A DNA stretch of 64,000 bases from a virus, in the IMG/VR virus record IMGVR_UViG_3300006923_000018, positions 1-64,000 of that record. One strand, 5' to 3'. The translations under genes were made by a program, and so were the position numbers. Below the pieces are notes generated by a model that worked only from the letters and a program-made list of their open reading frames with translations, was not told the DNA's origin and did not search any database. Shown here piece by piece: positions 39,678 to 49,041 of this stretch (positions are counted from its first letter, which is position 1; the number at the start of each line of letters is the position of its first letter).

Positions 39678-42322
39678 TGCCGATTGGGGGTCCAGACTGG
39701 GATGCTCTTGCGTATCGATTTTGGGCAATTGAGGAATTCCGTGAGTTAACAAGTGGTCCGAGGGGAAAGCTTAACGAGCATTGGACTGATCAGATTCGCA
39801 AAGATCCACTTCTCTTGGGAATGCACATGTGTATCGACATGGTTTTCGGTGGTGGTCAACGATTACGTGTATCGACAGATCCCATCACCGCCTATCGCCG
39901 TACTCCAGCTTCTGGTCCTGTCACTGAAATAGTGTACGAGCCCATTTTAATGCAACAGCCAAGAGTCAATCAGCAGTATTCCCTTGGTACTGGATCTTCT
40001 TCTGCTCGTAGTTTCGCAATCTCTTTTGCTGAGAATAATATGAATCCCTATTCAATTATTTCTGAAGGGAGATTCATTGCAGGGTGGGCTGAGGTTTCAT
40101 TACTCATAGGCAATCAAGATTGGGAACTTAGATATGTTTTGATGCTTGGAGACATGAGCGGTGGCGTCACATTTGGTGCCGTAGATGAGATCATAGAAAC
40201 AGAAATTGTAGATCCCCTAGAGACTAGCGACTTATTAATTACTCCTTATACAGTTCAGGCTAATACAGCATTATCAGCTACTTGGTCTGCCCTGTCTACT
40301 GTAATGGCGGGCACTGTCATAGCAGATGACATCAAAATTAACGGGACTGATATTCATACAGGTTCAAATATAGTTGTAACTGCTGGTGACGGTACTGGAA
40401 CATTGGCTGTGGCTATCAATGCCCTTTCTTCTACTACTTCTGTTACCAGCGTTGCTACAAATGGACTCATGACGCTCACGGCTAGAGGTGGTGGGGAAAT
40501 AGATCCCCAAGTCAAACTTGAGTTTACCTCTAATGGAGGACTCATCTTAAATGGCGTGCCTGGGGCTGGCTCCATCACTCAGGCTGGCTCCACTACAGTT
40601 CCAGAGAGTTACGTTGGTTATCGTTATCCTCTTGTTTTCAACAGCCCAGTTAATGTTCCAGCTATTCGTCTATCTGCTGCAACTCCCCCTTATTTTCTAT
40701 GCTGGTTCGCCTCTGATGTTACGCCTTCTACCGTAAATGTTGATGGAGTAGATTATGGCTCAGCCAATCGTTATTATCCATATACCTTTTCTAAGGTGAA
40801 TGACGGAACTGGCGCTAACTATTGGAAAGTAGAATTTTCAACTGGTGATGCGGTTTGGGAGGCTGAGGCGCCTGTAAATGGAGGAATGACGATTTTCCCA
40901 GGAGATATTGTAATAGAGGGGGTTGACATTATGTCGGCTAATCCGAACTTTATTCTTCAGGCTAATGCAAATGGAACAAACATTCTAAATGGGACTTCTG
41001 ACCCAATTCTTGTAAATTCCACCTCATCAGGATGGGTTGCTGCTGATAATGTAAATGCAGGAGTATTAAATCCTGGTGATATTACTGTTCGTGGAGTAGA
41101 TCTCGTAGACAGCGGCTCGGTCAGTGTTCAAGTTGATGATAACTCATCAACTCTTATTGCTGAATTTGCTGAGAGGTATACGGAAACCGGAGTTATAGCG
41201 TTTCATGTGGCACACGGAAGCGGTTACAGAATTCGCCTTCAGTTTGAAGGGGAAGAGGAAAGTGGAATTCAAGATGATGACATAGGGGGACTTCTCCGTT
41301 CACTCATCAATAATGTGTATAACAAAACTGGAGTTATGGCCACCATAACTGGGGGTAAAATCAGTCTTACCAAAACCAACAATACTGATATTGATTTAGT
41401 TACGACTGCGAGGGGCGGCTATATATTAAATGGCGTATGGGGAGAGGTTAAGGCAACAACTCTTGGCGGATGGTCAGACAACACCAGTGTTTTTGTAAGT
41501 GGTTCTCGGGACGGTGGTGCTCCTGATGAGAATATCATTAAAGTTATTAAGCGTTTATGTACCAACTGGAGCACATTGGGCCATCATGGGATTAGCGATA
41601 ATCTCTTTGCTATTGCTGAGTCCAAAATACCTAACATCGCCAAACCAGCAGTCATTGTAAATGGCTCAGGGGGCGCCGATTCCGCCTCTGCGATAGAGTA
41701 TATTGAATCTACGTTATGCGCCAGTTTCCCTATGGTATCAATGGCATGGGGAAACGGTGGCTATGGTCCTGTAGTTACAGATCGAACACGAGGAGGAATT
41801 CGTATGCGATTGGTAGCGGGTCAGGCTCCGTTATTAGATAGATCTACAGCCATTAAGGAAACAGCAAAATCGTCATTAAGTAATCAATTTACGCTTCGCT
41901 ATAATTTTGATCCCGTAACAAATACGCATAATAGTTATGCGTCTAGGGACAGGAACAACAGCACCCTGTGCAGGATTAGCCAGGAGCAGGCAGGATTACG
42001 AGAGCGTGCGGTTATTGATTCTCCTCTTATTTATAGTTCGATTGTGGCTGATTATGTTTTAGACTGGCTTGTAGATCATTTTGCTCTTCCCTCATACTAT
42101 GTTGAGTACGATTGTTTCCAGCCTTTATTTATTACTTTAAACCTTGGTGATAACATCACAATAACTGATTCAGATATTTCTGATTCAGAGATCACAGCTA
42201 CAGTTGAAAAATTAGAGCTAGAGGGTGGCCGGTGTCGAATTGGTGTCCGGTTATGGCTCCTCTACGATAAGCTGGGCGGCGCCGCCGCAGGGATGGCTGG
42301 TTCTCAGTCTGGGAGCATTTAA
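39677..42322 (+). CDS. tail-tip / hub protein with flagellin-D2-like inserts
   Basis: C-terminal LNLGDNITITD OB-like hub signature; inserts homologous to the one in the preceding gene. Confidence 0.7.
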   Translation: MPIGGPDWDALAYRFWAIEEFRELTSGPRGKLNEHWTDQIRKDPLLLGMHMCIDMVFGGGQRLRVSTDPITAYRRTPASGPVTEIVYEPILMQQPRVNQQYSLGTGSSSARSFAISFAENNMNPYSIISEGRFIAGWAEVSLLIGNQDWELRYVLMLGDMSGGVTFGAVDEIIETEIVDPLETSDLLITPYTVQANTALSATWSALSTVMAGTVIADDIKINGTDIHTGSNIVVTAGDGTGTLAVAINALSSTTSVTSVATNGLMTLTARGGGEIDPQVKLEFTSNGGLILNGVPGAGSITQAGSTTVPESYVGYRYPLVFNSPVNVPAIRLSAATPPYFLCWFASDVTPSTVNVDGVDYGSANRYYPYTFSKVNDGTGANYWKVEFSTGDAVWEAEAPVNGGMTIFPGDIVIEGVDIMSANPNFILQANANGTNILNGTSDPILVNSTSSGWVAADNVNAGVLNPGDITVRGVDLVDSGSVSVQVDDNSSTLIAEFAERYTETGVIAFHVAHGSGYRIRLQFEGEEESGIQDDDIGGLLRSLINNVYNKTGVMATITGGKISLTKTNNTDIDLVTTARGGYILNGVWGEVKATTLGGWSDNTSVFVSGSRDGGAPDENIIKVIKRLCTNWSTLGHHGISDNLFAIAESKIPNIAKPAVIVNGSGGADSASAIEYIESTLCASFPMVSMAWGNGGYGPVVTDRTRGGIRMRLVAGQAPLLDRSTAIKETAKSSLSNQFTLRYNFDPVTNTHNSYASRDRNNSTLCRISQEQAGLRERAVIDSPLIYSSIVADYVLDWLVDHFALPSYYVEYDCFQPLFITLNLGDNITITDSDISDSEITATVEKLELEGGRCRIGVRLWLLYDKLGGAAAGMAGSQSGSI

Positions 42323-42741
42323 TGAGTTTGTTTAGTTACGATCGAAATCAGGCGTCCGCTTTGGACTTGAACACTTTTTCAAATACGATAAAAAGCACAA
42401 TTATTTCAAGTATTCCTGATGAGAAGCTATCTGGAAATGGATTAAGTTTTTCAACAATGGAAATGGCTGACATTGAGGAGGATTTCCAAGCCGGATCTGT
42501 ATCGGATATACCTGACTTAATGCTTGGCTGGAAGGCCAAGATAATGCAACTTGGTACAACTTATTGCCAGGTGGCCAAGTGGGAGGGCCGTACAATCTTA
42601 TTTGTATGGGATTTAGCTATTGTTTCTAATGTTGATGGTCGTCCCCATCTTGAATCGTATGGTGATTTATTAGCTACGATTACATTGACGCATCCTGATG
42701 GAAAAGAGATTTTAGAATATACTGTAAGCGTAGAGGTTTAG
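42322..42741 (+). CDS. hypothetical protein
   Basis: 139 aa; translationally coupled. Confidence 0.65.
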   Translation: MSLFSYDRNQASALDLNTFSNTIKSTIISSIPDEKLSGNGLSFSTMEMADIEEDFQAGSVSDIPDLMLGWKAKIMQLGTTYCQVAKWEGRTILFVWDLAIVSNVDGRPHLESYGDLLATITLTHPDGKEILEYTVSVEV

Positions 42742-43548
42742 ATGGATGATATGACTGAAAGCGGGCGTAAGCCTGAAAAGAGACGCGCTGCCAAGCCTGT
42801 GAACGTTTCGCAGCTAAAGTCGCCCCTAGAGCGCATCCGCAAAGAGCCAGAGATGGCCTATCGCTGTTTTCTTTTGTGGGCGATGCAGAATCCACGCAAG
42901 CGTAATCAGGCGGCTGCTGGGCGTGCTATTGAGCGTCATCCAAATGTCGTAATGCAGTGGAAGAAGCGGTGGTCATGGTTAGATCGCGTTGACTCTGTAG
43001 AGCTACCTGATGTTTGCGCTCAGGCTATTTACAGAAAACGTTTTTACGATCGTTATAAGCTTCGGGAATTGATTGAGGTAGAGAAGTATTTGGCAGTTCC
43101 GTTTATGCCGACTACTCCAATTCCGGCAACTGTAGCAGAGGAGGTCCACAAGGCCACTGCTCCGACTCGTCAGGAGCACAAGGAAAAGAAGAGACGTGAG
43201 GAAATGCGTCGGAAGCACAAGGCTCTGGTTGATGGTGCGATCGGTTTGTTGGCTCGTCGTATTGCTTCAGGTGAGATCAAATGCAGCATGAAAGATCTGC
43301 CTATTTTACTGAAGATAAGAAATGAGTATGAGGATAATCATCTTGGTAGCGAGGAGGGCACTGGGTTTATAATTGAAACTGTCCGTGTTAAGCAGGCCAA
43401 GGCGTTAGGTCAGGATATTTTGTCTGCCATGTTAGAAGATGCTCGGGAGTCGGTTGCGATTTTGGGTGCATTAGTTGCGGCTAAAGAGCTTAAGGACCGT
43501 GCTGAGATCATGAATAACGAAACGAGTGCATCTGGGGTGTCATCATGA
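42742..43548 (+). CDS. HTH DNA-binding protein, candidate terminase small subunit
   Basis: E..MAY..F...R.....R........QWKKRWSWLDR N-terminal HTH pattern followed by a coiled coil. Confidence 0.45.
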   Translation: MDDMTESGRKPEKRRAAKPVNVSQLKSPLERIRKEPEMAYRCFLLWAMQNPRKRNQAAAGRAIERHPNVVMQWKKRWSWLDRVDSVELPDVCAQAIYRKRFYDRYKLRELIEVEKYLAVPFMPTTPIPATVAEEVHKATAPTRQEHKEKKRREEMRRKHKALVDGAIGLLARRIASGEIKCSMKDLPILLKIRNEYEDNHLGSEEGTGFIIETVRVKQAKALGQDILSAMLEDARESVAILGALVAAKELKDRAEIMNNETSASGVSS

Positions 43549-43898
43549 GTTTGGATAGGCTTAATGCGGCAGACATTTTAAAATCTATTCCCTGGGAGGG
43601 CCTTTTAGAGTCTGCTGATAATTTTTTAGATGACAAGAATAAGAACGATAATGATTTAGACGAGTTCATTATTGACCAGATTGATGATCGTATTGATTTT
43701 GCCTCAATAATTAATGGTCCTGCTGGTGCGGTTGCTGAGGCTTTAGACGGACCAGTTATTAAGTTAGTTTCATCATTAATTAAAGCTATATCAGGAGATC
43801 CCGAGTCAAGACAGGCGCGGAGAGAGGTAAGGAAATCGCGCAGGGAGGCGCGGAGACTTGCTCGCCAGGAGCGAAAGAAGGCCAGGATTGATGGGTGA
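43545..43898 (+). CDS. hypothetical protein, acidic N-terminus and Arg-rich C-terminus
   Basis: 117 aa; coupled ORF. Confidence 0.6.
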   Translation: MSLDRLNAADILKSIPWEGLLESADNFLDDKNKNDNDLDEFIIDQIDDRIDFASIINGPAGAVAEALDGPVIKLVSSLIKAISGDPESRQARREVRKSRREARRLARQERKKARIDG

Positions 43899-44352
43899 GC
43901 TAGAATCTAAAGTAGACCGCAACTCTCAGCGCCTTGAAACATTGGAGGAGGACGTGAATACGCTAAAGATTGACGTTGCCAAGGTGCATCTTTCCCTTGA
44001 GCATAGCGATTTTCGTGCTGAAGAACGTTTTAAGTCGTTGTCTACATCTCAGATGGAAGTGAAGGAGATTCTTAAAGAAAGAATGAAGGATGAGGAGAGG
44101 CGTGCGAAAGAGTCTAGAGAGTACCGGGCGAGGCGGGAACAGTTAGAGCTACAAGCTAATCTCGATCGCCAGAAATGGGTAAGAAGCCTAATTAATCCAC
44201 AGACTCTATTTATTATATTTGCAATTATTCTAAGTTTTTTTGGAATGAGGGTCGCAGAGGTTGCTGAAATTGCAAATTTAGCAGGAATTCCGATACCCGC
44301 TAAACAACAAGGGTCAGCGCCGGATGCGTCTGAAGTCGTGGCGCCCGAATAG
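43891..44352 (+). CDS. coiled-coil + C-terminal TM protein (holin-like architecture)
   Basis: RLETLEEDV heptads; PQTLFIIFAIILSFFG TM, similar to the PQTIAIILAIL segment of 5533..5826. Confidence 0.55.
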   Translation: MGELESKVDRNSQRLETLEEDVNTLKIDVAKVHLSLEHSDFRAEERFKSLSTSQMEVKEILKERMKDEERRAKESREYRARREQLELQANLDRQKWVRSLINPQTLFIIFAIILSFFGMRVAEVAEIANLAGIPIPAKQQGSAPDASEVVAPE

Positions 44353-44436
44353 GGTATTCTGGGCGTCATTTTCGCTAAACTGTTGGCGTAAATTGGCTAT
44401 ACCTGCTACGAATGGAGCCTGGAAGGACCGCAAGCC

Positions 44437-45150
44437 GTGATCGTAGAAATCGAAAGATGGCTACAGACTAACGAATCTGACAGACCTCGTTTAGTTGAAG
44501 CCGCAAAAGATATAATAATCGCATTAGTGAGTAAGAGACCAAACTATGCTAATTGGCGCGGTCTGCCTCGATGTGTTGAAATTTGTCCATCATATTTGTC
44601 TAAGAACAAGAATTACAGTCCTCAGACATCTAGAAATGCGTGGTCTGCCTTGAAGGATATTGTTGGTTGGAGTCAGCTTCCGCGTAAACAGGTCCGACGA
44701 ACAATTACTAAGCTTGGGTTCCAGCCAAGGAAACCAAAATACGGCCATCGATATGGTACGCATTTGTTCATTTCTGGCTCGGTGTGGCGCGAACTAAAGA
44801 AGCTGTGTTTTCGGCTAGGACTGCTTAAAAATAAGCGTGCAAAGCCCATTGTGACAAGTATTATTAATAATACTAATAATACTACAACAAAGAAAGAATT
44901 ATCCCCCCCAGCCCCCCAAAGGGGGACGAGGCAGAGCCGAAAGGGTCGTGTTAAGCATCCTAAGTATAATCAAGATTGGAAATCTCTATCCTATCGGGGT
45001 AAGGTAAAACGCCTACTTTTTTACACTATGCAGAAAGAAACGCTGAAAGAGAGCAGAAATACCGAGGGGAATAACGGGGTTGCGTTATATGAGGATAACT
45101 GGGGTCCGCTCGCCGCTTTCAGGGTATACCCGGAATGGGGCATTGGGTGA
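44437..45150 (+). CDS. basic DNA-binding protein, possible replication initiator
   Basis: First gene of the replication block; INNTNNTTTKKELSPPAPQRG linker typical of phage initiators. Confidence 0.45.
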   Translation: MIVEIERWLQTNESDRPRLVEAAKDIIIALVSKRPNYANWRGLPRCVEICPSYLSKNKNYSPQTSRNAWSALKDIVGWSQLPRKQVRRTITKLGFQPRKPKYGHRYGTHLFISGSVWRELKKLCFRLGLLKNKRAKPIVTSIINNTNNTTTKKELSPPAPQRGTRQSRKGRVKHPKYNQDWKSLSYRGKVKRLLFYTMQKETLKESRNTEGNNGVALYEDNWGPLAAFRVYPEWGIG

Positions 45151-45197
45151 ATTGGCTGGCGATGTAGCCGGATCGGTGTATATTTGGTATATGTGTA

Positions 45198-46916
45198 ATG
45201 TCGGGACGAGGTTTCCCTCCGTCCGGCAACCTTCCTGTTGTTGTGGTGGGTCAGGGTCTTGCGGCCCTGGCCCTCATTACAGGTGATGAAGTGGATCAGA
45301 TACGCATCAAAATCGGCAGCGTGATCGGGATTGATGTTCAGCGACTGCCTGACGCTTGCTATCATGAGATTGTGAAGGATTTTACGGTAGAGAATCCTGA
45401 GTACGTGCGTCGTAAGAAGTTCAACCGTTCTCTAAGGAACGTTCCTGAGACGATTGTTCTTTACCGTCATTACAAGAACTGGATTGAGGTTCCTCGCGGC
45501 GCTCTGAGTAGAGTGCGAGAGCTATTAAAACGATACAATTTAAGTCCAATCTTCTTAACTAATTCTGTTGTAACTGAGTCTCACGGCTTTCATCCTATTG
45601 AAGACTTTAATGTAACGTTAAGGCCCTACCAACAACAGGCATTAGAGAGGATGCACAAATGTGTACAAGGCGTAGTCCAGATGCCCTGTGGTGCTGGAAA
45701 GACTGAGCTAGGCTGCGCGGCAATTCTAACCACTGGGGAGTCTGCGGTCATATTGGTCCACACGGACGATATTTACCAGCAGTGGAGGTCTAGGGTCCAT
45801 CGCATGTCTGGGACGGCTCCTAGAGTGGTTTCTGGGACAGCCAAGAGCGATTTGTCCCCCCTGATGCCAGGCGAGGTGTCGGTTTGCATGATCCAGACCT
45901 TAGTTAGTGCTGGTGAGCTAGCGTTTCCGTTAATCAAGAGTGCTGGTGTCGTGCTTACTGACGAGTGTCATCATATTCCTGCACGCACATGGTCAAAGTT
46001 AATGAATGAGTTTCCCGCTCGCTTTCGTTGGGGATTGACGGCTACTCCTGAGAGGAGTGATGGGCTTGGGATTTTGATTGAAAGCATGATTGGCAATTTG
46101 CTTTATAAGATAGATACTAAGGCTTTAATTAAAGAAAACTATTTAATGAGTCCAAAGATTATTCCTGTATGGACAGGCTGGCAGGCGCCGGAGGATTGTT
46201 ATCCATCGAAGGCGAAGTGTCCAGGGTGCAAGAAATGGATCAAATGTGTTGAGTCTCAGCATATAGATGAGCAGGTTTACTGCAACCGCTGCAATCATAG
46301 GCTTCCGTATTCTAGTCAGTTTGAAACTGGCAATTTGAATTACAGCAAAGCTGTTACTGAGATGAGTAACGACAGTTCACGAATAGCGATAATTGTAGAG
46401 CTTGTGAAAGCTGCAACCAGCCACAAGCGAACTGTTTTGGTATTAACTCCGAGAAAATCATCCGTTAATAAGCTTGTTGCGCGATTAAACTGGCAGGGGA
46501 TATCCGTTGTTGGTGTCACATCAGATTTTAAGAAGTCAGAGCGAAAGAAAATGATAGATGATGTGCGTAAGGGTAATGTCAGCGTTTTGGTGGCAACTCA
46601 GCTAGCTGACGAGGGGTTAGATCTCCCTGTCCTAGATTGTGCAATAAACACATCAGCCGGAAGGAACGTGGGTACAGCTAAGCAGCGGGTCGGGCGGACC
46701 TTACGATTAGCAGGTATGCAGCCATTGGTATTCGAGTTAGTCGATTCTGGGGAGTTCGAGGCCCAGTGGCGGGTGAGATCTAACGCCTATAGGAGCGAGT
46801 ATGGTGATTGCGTTCACAGCCTCGAACCACTGGAATTGCCCGATGCGCTAGAGGTGCTGGACGTGGTGGAGAAACCTGGTCGCCATATGTCCTCCGGTCG
46901 CGTATGTAGTGGGTGA
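45198..46916 (+). CDS. superfamily 2 DExH helicase with Zn-ribbon insert
   Basis: LRPYQ, PCGAGKT, DECHH, LTAT, EGLDLP and QRVGR motifs; CPGC/CNRC insert. Confidence 0.92.
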   Translation: MSGRGFPPSGNLPVVVVGQGLAALALITGDEVDQIRIKIGSVIGIDVQRLPDACYHEIVKDFTVENPEYVRRKKFNRSLRNVPETIVLYRHYKNWIEVPRGALSRVRELLKRYNLSPIFLTNSVVTESHGFHPIEDFNVTLRPYQQQALERMHKCVQGVVQMPCGAGKTELGCAAILTTGESAVILVHTDDIYQQWRSRVHRMSGTAPRVVSGTAKSDLSPLMPGEVSVCMIQTLVSAGELAFPLIKSAGVVLTDECHHIPARTWSKLMNEFPARFRWGLTATPERSDGLGILIESMIGNLLYKIDTKALIKENYLMSPKIIPVWTGWQAPEDCYPSKAKCPGCKKWIKCVESQHIDEQVYCNRCNHRLPYSSQFETGNLNYSKAVTEMSNDSSRIAIIVELVKAATSHKRTVLVLTPRKSSVNKLVARLNWQGISVVGVTSDFKKSERKKMIDDVRKGNVSVLVATQLADEGLDLPVLDCAINTSAGRNVGTAKQRVGRTLRLAGMQPLVFELVDSGEFEAQWRVRSNAYRSEYGDCVHSLEPLELPDALEVLDVVEKPGRHMSSGRVCSG

Positions 46917-46989
46917 TGGAGTGTAGCACAACTGGCAGTGCATCCGACTGTTAATCGGAAGGTTGCAGGTTCGAGTCCTGCCGCTCCAG
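46917..46989 (+). tRNA. tRNA-Asn (GTT), CCA not encoded
   Basis: Acceptor TGGAGTG/CGCTCCA, D stem GCAC/GTGC, anticodon arm TCCGA-CTGTTAA-TCGGA, T arm GCAGG-TTCGAGT-CCTGC, discriminator G. Confidence 0.93.
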
Positions 46990-47002
46990 TTCAGGAGGCA
47001 GA

Positions 47003-48283
47003 GTGACCCCAAAAATTGTAATCCCTCGCTATGAGGATTGTGAAATCCATGGTCTTCCGTGGGACGCATTTGTTGTTACCAATTCTGAGCGCAGCACATT
47101 GTTGTGCCCGCGCTGGAATTGGTTTCAGTACACTGAGAATCTTAGGCCGCTAGTTACAGATCGGCCTTTACGGATTGGGAGTGCTTGGCACCTCATCATG
47201 GAGTCGGTTTATCGTCATTGGATGGCCCACGATACTGAGTTCGATGATGCTGTATGGACAGATCCCCTTGAGAAAATTGAATCTGATTGGTCTGAGCAGT
47301 CTAAAGTCGGATTAGTGCCAGAGGACGAGTGGCGTACTGACGTGGAGAGGCTAAGCCGCTCCATGTATGGTTACATTCAGTATCGCGGTCGCGCTCCATC
47401 ATCAAAATATCGTATTGTAGCCGTGGAGCAGGCGCTATGCGCTCCAATAATGGAGAAGGACACAGACAATGTATTCTCCCCTGATGCGGCTTTAATGGCA
47501 GAGGAATACGGGTTCAGAGAGGCGCGTACCGGAGAAGGAAAGGATGGTAGGTGTTCTGTAATCCAGAAGCCTTATTACTACATTGGTCGTGCGGATGTAA
47601 TTGTTTTGCACCGAGAAACTGGTGATGCGTGGGTTTTAGACCACAAGTACACAGCTTCGCCTGAATCGTATCGAACGGCATCACTTATTGATTTGCAGAT
47701 GCCTGGTTACTGTTGGATGCTGGACTGGATGCTCAAGAACGGGCATATTGATTTTTCAGGTAGTGGCCGAGTAGGTGGCTATATCTTTGAGGCAACGAGC
47801 AGTGCGCTTGCACGCCATCCGACTTTTCTAAAAAGCGGGAAAATCTCTAAAGCTGCTAATGCTAGGATAGCGAGTTGGAACTTTATTAAGTTTTGCGAAG
47901 ACAATGAAATTGATGTTGCTCCGTATGCTGAGTACATTGAGTCGCTTAAGAAAAGAGTAGACAGAACGCTATATATATCAGATTGGACGCAGATTACTGA
48001 GAATGATATAGTGCGCTGCGCCAAGGAGGCGTATGGGGTAGCGAGGCGGATATCAGATCTGAAGTGGGACGCTGCGTTTGGCGACTTGTCTGATATTAAT
48101 TATAGTCATCCCCGTCTGCCATTGTGTAAGCGTCCAGGTTCAAAGTGCAGATACACAACGATGTGTTTCAGCGAGTCAGCTTATAGCCTGGGCTTTGAGG
48201 TGGGTGATGGTGTTCGTTGGATCACCAACCCTAAGTTTTTATCAAATGACAACAACAAGTTGGAAGAGGAGTTAGGATGGTGA
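47003..48283 (+). CDS. PD-(D/E)XK exonuclease, RecB/AddB/Cas4-like
   Basis: CPR, G..WH, GRAD, DHK, Q..GY and C-terminal C..C..C (Fe-S staple pattern). Confidence 0.85.
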   Translation: MTPKIVIPRYEDCEIHGLPWDAFVVTNSERSTLLCPRWNWFQYTENLRPLVTDRPLRIGSAWHLIMESVYRHWMAHDTEFDDAVWTDPLEKIESDWSEQSKVGLVPEDEWRTDVERLSRSMYGYIQYRGRAPSSKYRIVAVEQALCAPIMEKDTDNVFSPDAALMAEEYGFREARTGEGKDGRCSVIQKPYYYIGRADVIVLHRETGDAWVLDHKYTASPESYRTASLIDLQMPGYCWMLDWMLKNGHIDFSGSGRVGGYIFEATSSALARHPTFLKSGKISKAANARIASWNFIKFCEDNEIDVAPYAEYIESLKKRVDRTLYISDWTQITENDIVRCAKEAYGVARRISDLKWDAAFGDLSDINYSHPRLPLCKRPGSKCRYTTMCFSESAYSLGFEVGDGVRWITNPKFLSNDNNKLEEELGW

Positions 48284-49032
48284 CAAATAGTGGAATAGAA
48301 TATTATATGGTGGGGACCAGCGGCATGACGCCGTTGCTGAAGGCGTTTATGTATGGCGATAGCGGTGCAGGCAAGACGTTTACGGCGGCTTCTGCCCCTA
48401 ACCCCATATTTTTATTAACTGAGTCGAATGGATTGAAGAGCATTCAGAATTCAAATCCTGATGCGCTTGTGGCGCTGTGTACTGATATTAACCAGGTTCG
48501 TCAGTTTGTAGCTGCGGCATCTCGTGGAGAATTTCCTGATGAAGTGGAAACAATAGTTATTGATTCTATTACTGAGGTGCAGCGGTTATTTATTGATGAA
48601 ATATTAGCTGCCAAGGGTGATGGCGATAAAAAGATGGAATGGCAAGATTGGGGAGTCATGACGGCTCGTATGATTAAATTTGTGCGTTGCGTGAGAAATC
48701 TGCCGTACAACGTCATTGTAACTGCTCTTTGTGAGTATGCGACTGGTGATGATGGAAGCGTGACTCGGATATTCCCATCATTTCAGGGTAAGAAACTTGC
48801 TAATGACATCTCTCAGTTCTTCAATGTGGTGGGCGTGGTTATTCGTCGTGAGGTTGAGACTGAACATGGGATTGTTATTAAGCGCGGGGTTCTAGTTGAG
48901 GGTCCGTCCCGGTATTTAATAAAGCCGTGTCATCCTCTTGTAGGAATATTGGAGCCCAATGTTTCTCAATGGATAAATGAGTGGAAAGCATCAATTGATT
49001 CAACTGAAGATAAAACTTCAAATTCTAATTAG
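48277..49032 (+). CDS. AAA_24 / Sak4-like recombination ATPase
   Basis: YGDSGAGKT Walker A and IVIDSITE Walker B; lies between exonuclease and SSB-like gene. Confidence 0.85.
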   Translation: MVTNSGIEYYMVGTSGMTPLLKAFMYGDSGAGKTFTAASAPNPIFLLTESNGLKSIQNSNPDALVALCTDINQVRQFVAAASRGEFPDEVETIVIDSITEVQRLFIDEILAAKGDGDKKMEWQDWGVMTARMIKFVRCVRNLPYNVIVTALCEYATGDDGSVTRIFPSFQGKKLANDISQFFNVVGVVIRREVETEHGIVIKRGVLVEGPSRYLIKPCHPLVGILEPNVSQWINEWKASIDSTEDKTSNSN

Positions 49033-49041
49033 GGGGAAGTA

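Noticed and set aside
46917-46989. tRNA as a prophage attachment site
   Set aside because: Phage genes lie on both sides, I saw no duplicate of its 3' end, and no integrase is recognisable.
47003-48283. Cas4-like gene as part of a CRISPR-Cas system
   Set aside because: No array or other cas genes. The context (Sak4-like ATPase, SSB, RuvC) is a standard phage recombination module.
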